64,000 nucleotides of DNA from an uncultured Campylobacter sp. (lineage in GTDB: Bacteria > Campylobacterota > Campylobacteria > Campylobacterales > Campylobacteraceae). This document shows positions 57,397 through 64,000 of this stretch, in pieces. A program made the position numbers and the translations under genes. Each line of letters begins with the position of its first letter. Within the stretch, counting starts at the first letter, position 1. The notes below the pieces were generated by a model that searched no databases, had not been told where the DNA came from, and saw only the letters and a program-made list of their open reading frames with translations. The stretch is from NCBI RefSeq assembly GCF_937959485.1, contig NZ_CALGPY010000006.1:29994-93993 (forward strand), written 5' to 3'.

Positions 57397-58419
57397 ATGG
57401 CCACTAGACACCAAGCCAGGCTCGCTGCGATCTCGCTGCTTTACTCCCGGGATATGAACGGCGGCGGCGAGGACTTTGCGGACGAATATCTGGAGGAAAA
57501 GCGCATTCGCAACGAGCAGCGCAACTGGACGCTGGCGCTTCTGCGCGGCGCTAGCGAAAATCTCGCCACGGTCGATGCGCTGATAGACGAAAATTTAAAG
57601 GAATTCAAGCTCGCCGAAATTTCGGCTCTGGAGCGCGCGATACTGCGGCTCGGGGCGTATGAGTTGCGCTTTACAGACACGGACGCGGGCATCGTCATCA
57701 ACGAAGCGATCAACTCCGCCAAGGAGCTTGGCATCTCGCCAAGATTTATAAACGGCGTGCTGGACGCGCTAAAAGATAGCCCCGTAAACATCGCGGCGGA
57801 TAAAATTTCCAAGCCGAATACGGCGACAAGCGTAAATTCCGAGCTATCCACAGCGACAAGCGAAAATTTCAAGCCCGCTGCGGCGAAAAACTCCGCTATT
57901 TCAGACAGCAACGTTGCGGCGAAAAATTTCATCCCCGCAGATATGGACGACGAGACGAAAAATTTTACCAAGGCAAAGAGGAGCAGCACGCCGAAAAATT
58001 CTACGGCAAGCAGAAGCAGACCGTCTAAAAAGCCCGCTAATTTGAAAACTCGCAGTGCGCCCGCCAAAAAATCCGCCGCGAGCAAAAAATTTAAAACGGA
58101 GGGAAATTTCAAGACCGGAGATAAATTCAAGACGGAGAAAACGGGCAAAAATTTCAAAACGGGCAAGCGAAGTAAAAATTTTAAGGCGAGCGAACGAGGA
58201 AAAGACGCCGCGCCGAAAAGAGAGGGCGCTGATAGAAATTTCAAGGTAAGCAAAAATGCGGCGCCGAAAAAGAGTGCTTCGGGTAAAAATACTGCGCCCA
58301 AAAGTAGCGCGGGGCGCAAAAGCTCTATCGCGCCGAAAAAATCTGCGGGCGGCAGAGGCGCCGTCTCAAAAAGACCTGCGGGCAACAAAGGCGCGGTACG
58401 CAGTAAGGATAAACGGTGA
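57397..58419 (+). CDS. nusB: transcription antitermination factor NusB with a lysine-rich C-terminal tail of about 215 aa
   Basis: The N-terminal 125 aa or so are NusB ([13 protein letters not shown]...[10 protein letters not shown]...VINEAI..AKE...FINGVLD). The remainder is K/S/A/N-rich with repeated KNFK and APKKSA units. The stop overlaps the pyrF GTG. Confidence 0.85.
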   Translation: MATRHQARLAAISLLYSRDMNGGGEDFADEYLEEKRIRNEQRNWTLALLRGASENLATVDALIDENLKEFKLAEISALERAILRLGAYELRFTDTDAGIVINEAINSAKELGISPRFINGVLDALKDSPVNIAADKISKPNTATSVNSELSTATSENFKPAAAKNSAISDSNVAAKNFIPADMDDETKNFTKAKRSSTPKNSTASRSRPSKKPANLKTRSAPAKKSAASKKFKTEGNFKTGDKFKTEKTGKNFKTGKRSKNFKASERGKDAAPKREGADRNFKVSKNAAPKKSASGKNTAPKSSAGRKSSIAPKKSAGGRGAVSKRPAGNKGAVRSKDKR

Positions 58420-59102
58420 AGCTCTGCGTCGCGCTTGATCTGGGCTCGAAGCAGCAGTGCTTACAGTTAGCGGAGGGACTTGCGGATTTTGCGGATAAAA
58501 TTTGGCTAAAAGTGGGCTTGCGAGCCTATTTGCGTGACGGAGCGGGTTTTATAGGGGAGCTAAAAAAGCTTGGAAATTTTAAAATTTTTCTCGATCTAAA
58601 GCTCTACGACATCCCAAATACGATGGCTGATGCCGCCGAGGAGATCGCCAGACTCAGCGTCGACATGATAAATGTGCATGCAAGCAGCGGCAAGCGCGCG
58701 ATGGCTACCGTGATGGAGCGACTGGACAGGCTAGCTTCGCGTCCGCTGGTGCTTGCAGTCTCTGCGCTAACTAGCTTTGACGAGATGGAATTTAGTGCGG
58801 TTTACGAGCAAAATTTAAGCGACGCCGTGCGAAAATTTGGCGTGATGAGCTACGAAGCGGGGCTTGACGGCATGGTCTGCTCGGCGTTCGAGAGCCGCCT
58901 GATAAAGGACGCCACGAGTGCAAATTTTATCACGCTCTGCCCGGGCGTACGGCCGTTTGGCGAGAGTGCGGCAGATCAAAAGCGAGTGGCGGATCTGGGC
59001 GTCGCGCGCGAGGCGGGAGCTGATTTTATCGTGGTAGGTCGGCCGATCTATCAAAGCGCCGATCCTCGCGAAATTTGCGAACGGATTTTAGGTCAAATTT
59101 AG
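58416..59102 (+). CDS. pyrF: orotidine 5'-phosphate decarboxylase
   Basis: 228 aa. [18 protein letters not shown], and VVGRPI at the C-terminus. Confidence 0.93.
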   Translation: MKLCVALDLGSKQQCLQLAEGLADFADKIWLKVGLRAYLRDGAGFIGELKKLGNFKIFLDLKLYDIPNTMADAAEEIARLSVDMINVHASSGKRAMATVMERLDRLASRPLVLAVSALTSFDEMEFSAVYEQNLSDAVRKFGVMSYEAGLDGMVCSAFESRLIKDATSANFITLCPGVRPFGESAADQKRVADLGVAREAGADFIVVGRPIYQSADPREICERILGQI

Positions 59103-59222
59103 CGCTCGAGCCTGCGTAGAATTTGGTGAAAAATTATTTTAAACATGGTTTTAGCGCGAAAGAAATTTTAATTAAATCATCGCACAAAGGCGGCTCGGAT
59201 GACGTCGAAGCGCCGTCGTCAT

Positions 59223-59453
59223 CTTTTTACAAAATCCGTTGGGAATTGAAACATCTGTACCGCAAATTCTTGCCCTTTTACGGCGGCAAGTAGAATTCCA
59301 TCCCGTTGGGAATTGAAACGCTTTTTTGAGCTCATTTTGGGCGAAAGCGGCATGAGTAGAATTCCATCCCGTTGAAGTTCGAAACAAACGCATCAGATTT
59401 TTGCATTTGGCGCAAGGCGGAAGCGTAAATTTACTCCGTTTGGGATTAAAAAC
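59223..59453 (+). CRISPR. short decayed CRISPR-like array: 4 repeats (2 intact, 2 degenerate) and 3 spacers, with no cas genes in the window
   Basis: Repeats end at 59252, 59319, 59385 and 59453. R2 is GTAGAATTCCATCCCGTTGGGAATTGAAAC and R3 is GTAGAATTCCATCCCGTTGAAGTTCGAAAC. R1 shares only the 3' 17 nt and R4 is diverged. Spacers are 37, 36 and 39 nt and unrelated to each other. The repeat has an internal AATTCC/GGAATT stem and an ATTGAAAC 3' end. Confidence 0.6.
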
Positions 59454-59732
59454 GTTTAAACTTTACCGCGCCCAAGCTCCCTGCTAGCTTGCGGATAAAA
59501 TTTCCGATAATGAGCGCGGCGGCGGACGTCTTAACACTAAAAAGCGGCGCGCATAAGCGCAGCGGTGGCCCGGCGGCGAGATAAAATTTTAAAAATTTTT
59601 CGCACCGCGTGGATAAAATTTTAAAATTTGCCTCACAAGAGTGAAATTTTGAAATTCCGCACTCTCAAGGGGTTTTAAAATTTTATCCAAATGGCGAGCC
59701 TGGCGAAATTTGAATGAAGATCGGAGTAAAAT

Positions 59733-59985
59733 TTGAGTAAAGGCGCGAGTGATTTTAAGAAAATCCCATATGTCGGCGAGGCGACCGAATCAGATCTGTT
59801 GGCGCTAGGCTACGAGGGCATCGCTTCGCTAAAGGGCGCGGATCCGGACGAGATGTTTGAACGCACAAAGGCCCTCGGGCGCGGCAACGACAGGTGCATC
59901 CTCTATGTTTACCGAGGCCAGCTACTACGCCAGCACGCCTCGTCCCGACAAAGCCAAGCTGAAATGGTGGCTTTGGAAGGACTAA
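59733..59985 (+). pseudogene. small helix-hairpin-helix protein (Cdd1 / pathogenicity-locus family), frameshifted
   Basis: Frame 1 gives KKIPYVGEATESDLLALGYEGIASLKGADPDEMFERT...RCILYVYR and then unrelated residues. The conserved family C-terminus EASYYASTPRPDKAKLKWWLWKD-stop is encoded in another frame from about 59912 to 59985. Confidence 0.6.
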
Positions 59986-60120
59986 ATTTTCAAATTTAAC
60001 CCGCGCGAGCCGTTTGAATTTGGGCGGATTTGCTAACGATCGACGTGCTGTATTTGCGGCACGAAACGGCGCCTCACGGAAGCGCAAGCTAGCAAGCGCA
60101 ATGAACGGCGTAAATTTTAT

Positions 60121-60180
60121 GCGCGAGCTTTACGAACACAATGCGATAAAGCGGCGCGCAGAGCGTAAATTTAACGGGCG
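60121..60180. repeat. 60-nt direct repeat, copy 1
   Basis: GCGCGAGCTTTACGAACACAATGCGATAAAGCGGCGCGCAGAGCGTAAATTTAACGGGCG matches 60496..60555 with 4 mismatches. Confidence 0.85.
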
Positions 60181-60495
60181 CGGCGTAGCAGCTAGCGCAA
60201 AGTACAAACATAGCCGCAATATGAAATTTTGATTTTATTCACAGGCACGCTTTGCGACTAAGCGGCCTGTACGAAATATAAAATCGTCCGATTTCTGGCA
60301 AGCGCGCGCCGAGCCGTATATGCGTCGTAAATATAAAAGCGGCGACAGTCGGTGTCTTTAGGCGGGCACGGCGCGGCCTTTCACGACGGCAAGGAGTGGC
60401 AGTTGATATTCAATAATCACGCTATGGAGAAAATGAAATAGGCGGCGCGAGTTTTGCTTTTTATGGTAAATTTTACAAACGCGGCGCAGATTCCC

Positions 60496-60555
60496 GCGCG
60501 AGCTTTGCGAGCACAATGCGATAAAGCGGCGCAAAGAGCGTAAATTTAACGGGCG
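60496..60555. repeat. 60-nt direct repeat, copy 2
   Basis: GCGCGAGCTTTGCGAGCACAATGCGATAAAGCGGCGCAAAGAGCGTAAATTTAACGGGCG, about 40 nt upstream of the DUF3108-like gene. Confidence 0.85.
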
Positions 60556-60595
60556 TCATATAATTGGAGCGCCGCAAAGCGAAAGGACGATAGGG

Positions 60596-61453
60596 ATGAA
60601 ATTTTTTGCTACTTTGATTTTGTGCGCGAGCGCGCTTTTGGGCGAGACGATCAGCGCGAAATATGAGATTTCGTTTGGCGTTTTCGGCGCAGTCGGCAGC
60701 GCAAATACGCGGCTCGTGCGGCAGGGCGATCGCTACGAGATCGTGATGGACGCCGTTGCGCAGGGCGTCGCAGGCAGCCTGAGCGGACAAAGGCGCGAGA
60801 GCTTCCGCTCGAAGGGGCGCGTCGTGGCGGGGCTTTTGATGCCCGATCTCTATGTCCACGAGGTTTCGCGCAAAAAGGGCAAAACGACGAAAAACGAGCG
60901 CAAAACTTACGCCTTCGACTATGCGCGCAAAACGATAAAATTTCAAAAGTTCAAGGGCGCGGGCGGCGAGCTGCAGCTCGTAAGCGATGAAATTTTGCCC
61001 TATTTTGCGACGAATGACCTGCTGAGTTTGTTTTTCAATTTCTCTAAAATCCCGCACTCGGGCGATAAATTTTTCGTCCGAGCCGCGGGCGCAAAAGGCG
61101 CCGACGGAAGGATCGACATCGAAAGGCCGCGCGGAAGCGCCGCCGCAAATATCGCGAGCGAGCTTGGCGTCGCGCTGCCTAGCGAGACGGATACAAACTC
61201 CGGCGCAGCAGCAAGCGCAAGCTCTAGCGGAGCAGATACGAAAACCGGCACAACGGACGTAAATTTTAAAGGGCACGGCGCGGGCGCAGATAAGCAGGCT
61301 GCAGCGATCTACGTGGTTTTCATCAACCAGCCGATATTCTCGAGCAGCCGAGGCGAGCTGCACCTGAGCCTAAACGAGCGTGGTTACGCCGATCGCGCCG
61401 TTTTGAAGGACGTGCTGCTCTTCGGCGACATCCGCGCGCGGCTCGTGGAATGA
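60596..61453 (+). CDS. secreted DUF3108-like protein with an internal low-complexity insert
   Basis: 285 aa. Signal peptide MKFFATLILCASALLG and a beta-rich body. Preferred over the antisense ORF 60473..61363, whose translation is Arg/Ala-rich junk. Confidence 0.65.
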   Translation: MKFFATLILCASALLGETISAKYEISFGVFGAVGSANTRLVRQGDRYEIVMDAVAQGVAGSLSGQRRESFRSKGRVVAGLLMPDLYVHEVSRKKGKTTKNERKTYAFDYARKTIKFQKFKGAGGELQLVSDEILPYFATNDLLSLFFNFSKIPHSGDKFFVRAAGAKGADGRIDIERPRGSAAANIASELGVALPSETDTNSGAAASASSSGADTKTGTTDVNFKGHGAGADKQAAAIYVVFINQPIFSSSRGELHLSLNERGYADRAVLKDVLLFGDIRARLVE

Positions 61454-61481
61454 GACTTCGTAAATTCGAAAAATGCCTGAG

Positions 61482-62498
61482 TTAAAAATTTTTAACTCTT
61501 AAAAGATAATTCGGCGCGTCTAGGTCTTTATTAAATTTTGATTTCATATATTTTTTAAGCTCGTTATATTCTTTATTAGTGGGTATAAATATAAAAAATT
61601 TATTGTAAAGCGCGTCTATAATTAAAGCATCGACAAACCTACATGAAAATAAGCCGCCCTTAAATAGATGAAAAATCATTTGCGGTATAAAAAGAAAGAT
61701 GACCGCTCCCATGCAGCAGAATAACATTATGAAAACTATCATGGAGTCATCAAATATCGCACCATAAATATAAGCGAGTATGTATATGGCAAGACAGGTT
61801 TTTCCTATAATTCTTTCCGTTTCCGTATATTTTCGTGTCTCGCTTTCATAAACAAGTGCGAAAGTCTTTTTAAAATATAAAATATCATCAAATTTCATTA
61901 CAAGCTGCTCGCCTGATTTTATACATTTTATGCTTGAGTTTAAAAATATAAATTTCCTTCCGTAATGCTGCGAAAAACCCTTAAGAGCCCTAGCAACCAA
62001 AGGTGCAGTGAGCAAAATATTTGCAACTTTTCTATCATAGGGGATGTTAGATACTAAATTTATAAACATGGCAAAACAAAGCAACGCTACTATAGCTATA
62101 ATATTTACGATCGGCATATAGTCTTTGATGACCAACGGCTCTTTATCGTAATCTCGAGTTTTAGCGCCCCGCGATGAAACACCGCCCGGGTTTAAATTTT
62201 GAAATTTTACCTCGGCTTGTGAGTTTAAATTCGTGCTTTTTAAATTTGTATCTCGAAAATTTGCGCCGCAAAGATAATCGGCTTGCGGTTTGGGATCTGT
62301 TTGATCAAAATTCGTATTTTTAAAGTTTTTGCTACTCAAATTTGCATCGTTTAAATTTAATGATCTGCGATCCGTTGCATCGCTTAAATCCGCATTGTCA
62401 AAGATGTCGGCGCTAGCGCCTTTTCGAAGCTTTTGCTTGAAAGCCCGACGTCGTTCATTTAGAGGCTTTTTAGATTCCTCAAGCAGCACTTTATCCAA
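61482..62498 (-). CDS. membrane protein with an N-terminal pentapeptide-repeat-like region
   Basis: 338 aa in an AT-rich islet. ADLSDATDRRSLNLNDANLSSKNFKNTNFDQ...GANFRDTNLKSTNLNS, followed by several TM helices. Confidence 0.55.
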   Translation of the reverse strand: MDKVLLEESKKPLNERRRAFKQKLRKGASADIFDNADLSDATDRRSLNLNDANLSSKNFKNTNFDQTDPKPQADYLCGANFRDTNLKSTNLNSQAEVKFQNLNPGGVSSRGAKTRDYDKEPLVIKDYMPIVNIIAIVALLCFAMFINLVSNIPYDRKVANILLTAPLVARALKGFSQHYGRKFIFLNSSIKCIKSGEQLVMKFDDILYFKKTFALVYESETRKYTETERIIGKTCLAIYILAYIYGAIFDDSMIVFIMLFCCMGAVIFLFIPQMIFHLFKGGLFSCRFVDALIIDALYNKFFIFIPTNKEYNELKKYMKSKFNKDLDAPNYLLRVKNF

Positions 62499-62676
62499 AA
62501 AATATCCTTAAGCTTAAACGCTCGTATTTTATAACTTTAGGCTTAAATCGCAATAAATCGCGCTTGTTTCGCGCATTTTTGATTTTATTTAAAATGTGTT
62601 TTGCATCGCGCCGCATACAGTGCAATTACGGCAGCAATGGCGCGGCAACGGAAACAAACCGCGTTTTTGGATCGAT

Positions 62677-63903
62677 TCATTTCTTAAATTTTCTTATGAA
62701 ATCGCTCGCGTCCCGCGCAGCCATCGCAGAGCTCATAACGGCGATCCTGTCGGCTCCCGCGCGTAGAACGACGGCAAAATTGCGCAGCGTTATGCCGCCG
62801 AGCGCGTAAATCTCGCCGTCGTAAAACCCACGCACGGCGCGGATCAAATTTAGCCCCTTCGGCGCGAGCCCCGCCTTGCAATCGGTCGCGAAGATGTGGC
62901 TCAGGCAGATCGCGTTCGCGCCCAGCTCCAGCGCCTCGCGCGCCTCCGCCTCGCTGTGGCAGGAAGCGACCAATTTTTTGAAATTTGCGCGCAAAAACTC
63001 CGTGCCGCGCACCGCGCTGAAGCTCCGCAAAACCCCGAGCGGCAGCCATAAATTTCTCTCGCCCGCCCGCAGTGCAAAATCTGCAAAATTATGCACAAAG
63101 ATCGCAGGCAGACGCCTTGCACTCTCTGTGCTCTGCGCGCCCTTCGCACTCTGCGAGTTTTCCGCCTCTTTCACGCTCTGTGAATTTTCTACGCCCTCTA
63201 TACTTTCCGAGCTTTCCGTGTACTGCGCGCTCCACGCACTCCCCGCATTTTTTGCACTATGCACATCATTCGCATTTTCTTTACTTTGCGCACTCCGCAT
63301 ACTTTCCGCATTTTCTGCGCTCCGTACGCTTTCTGCCGCTAGTTTTGTTTCGCTTGCAGCGCCGCGAAGCGAAATTTCACTAGGCGCGCTATCATTCGCG
63401 CGATTTGCAGCGCCGGTAAAATTTTTAGATGAAATTTCCTCTAAAACACAAGCTAAATTTTTAGACTGGATTTTATCCGTAGCGGCGTGCTTGCAGGCCG
63501 TATCCGCGCAAAGCTCGCTTTTGCTTCCGCCTAAATGGAGCTTTTTTAATAAAATTTTGTCCTCGTTGCGCTCGTAGAGCGAAATTTTATCCGCGTAGGC
63601 CGCGCTTACGTCTAATCCGTCCGCAAAAGCTTGGGTTTCACTAAATTTAGCGGCACGAGCCTCATCTGCAAAAATCCCGCCCGCACAAGCTGTATCCGCA
63701 CAAAACCCGCTCTTGCAGGCGAGTAAAATTTTACCAAACAGCGTCGCATAGGCCGCTTCGTCTAAATCCTTTTCGCGCACGACGATCTCGCCTACGCCTG
63801 CCGCAGCAAAATCCGCTATGCGCGCAAGCAGCGCCGCCTCGCCACCGCAGAGCGCGCGATTTGTGATGATCGTAATGCGCGAAGCAAGCTCTAAATCTAG
63901 CAT
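62677..63903 (-). CDS. thiE: thiamine-phosphate synthase (ThiE/TenI family) with a repeat insertion of about 200 aa
   Basis: 408 aa. N-terminal ITIITNRAL...GVGEIVVREKDL and C-terminal VASCHSEAEAREALELGANAICLSHIFATDCK...IYALGGIT...GADRIAVMSS are ThiE-like. The middle is S/A/E/N-rich repeats (SAENAESMRSAQSKENANDVHSAKNAGSAWSAQ...). Confidence 0.75.
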   Translation of the reverse strand: MLDLELASRITIITNRALCGGEAALLARIADFAAAGVGEIVVREKDLDEAAYATLFGKILLACKSGFCADTACAGGIFADEARAAKFSETQAFADGLDVSAAYADKISLYERNEDKILLKKLHLGGSKSELCADTACKHAATDKIQSKNLACVLEEISSKNFTGAANRANDSAPSEISLRGAASETKLAAESVRSAENAESMRSAQSKENANDVHSAKNAGSAWSAQYTESSESIEGVENSQSVKEAENSQSAKGAQSTESARRLPAIFVHNFADFALRAGERNLWLPLGVLRSFSAVRGTEFLRANFKKLVASCHSEAEAREALELGANAICLSHIFATDCKAGLAPKGLNLIRAVRGFYDGEIYALGGITLRNFAVVLRAGADRIAVMSSAMAARDASDFIRKFKK

Positions 63904-64000
63904 CCGCCCGCTCCTTTAGGCCCAATATCCGTGCGCCGCGCTCAAATTTAAAATTTTGCCTGCGATACTAGGGATTAAAATTTTACTTGCTAGGGCGAGC

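Noticed and set aside
57441-58388. 315-aa ORF antisense to nusB
   Set aside because: It is open only because the lysine-rich repeat tail of nusB lacks stops on the opposite strand. The nusB frame has the conserved domain and operon coupling to ribH and pyrF.
59172-59393. 73-aa ORF on the minus strand
   Set aside because: It runs through the CRISPR-like repeats and spacers. The repeated peptide segments come from the DNA repeats themselves.
60473-61363. 296-aa ORF on the minus strand
   Set aside because: It is antisense to the DUF3108-like gene, which has a proper signal peptide. Its translation is Arg/Ala/Cys-rich with no domain-like features, as expected for an open antisense frame in GC-rich, low-complexity DNA.
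63904-64000. TPP riboswitch upstream of the thiE-like gene
   Set aside because: The 97 nt available before the window ends show none of the conserved TPP elements (CUGAGA, ACCUGAUCUGGAUAAUGCCAGCG-like). The region is truncated, so absence cannot be established.
59454-64000. cas genes associated with the mini-CRISPR array
   Set aside because: I inspected the ORFs on both sides (pyrF, HhH pseudogene, DUF3108-like, pentapeptide membrane protein, thiE). None has Cas-like motifs or size.

Overview
The gene content and order (aroA-ispH, pheST, rplS-trmD-rimM-rpsP-ffh, waaA, glyQ, purE, glnA, ribH-nusB-pyrF) mark this as a Campylobacter chromosome segment. The relatively GC-rich coding DNA and AAATTT-rich intergenic DNA suggest a non-jejuni lineage such as the C. 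rectus/showae group; that placement is inference only. Most of the window is housekeeping core. The clear accessory region is 30.9-42.2 kb and lies next to a tRNA-Val/Asp/Lys cluster. It has two parts. (a) A 3.4 kb mini-element holds a P4-type tyrosine integrase and about 1.9 kb with no ORF of 60 aa or more in any frame. It is bounded by a 19-nt direct repeat of the tRNA-Lys 3' end. (b) Just beyond that repeat sits an AT-rich array of 16 co-oriented small genes. Three look like known immunity families (SMI1/KNR4, MafI-like, colicin-immunity-like) and eight fall into three paralog families. I found no toxin or secretion gene. I read this array as a candidate orphan-immunity (acquired interbacterial defence-like) island. 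A second window-wide oddity is that many housekeeping genes (waaA, kdsA, nadD, thiE, nusB, glyQ, a PAT acetyltransferase, Ni/Co transporter parts) carry long in-frame low-complexity insertions or tails. These are built from the same AAATTT-punctuated repeat DNA that fills the long intergenic regions, and two such repeat tracts form ORFs that exactly bridge operon gaps. Other items: nadD and rsfS fused into one ORF, a decayed 4-repeat orphan CRISPR array, a tRNA-Glu(CUC)-like gene with a bulged T-stem, and a frameshifted HhH gene. All calls come from reading the sequence and the ORF track; no searches were run.
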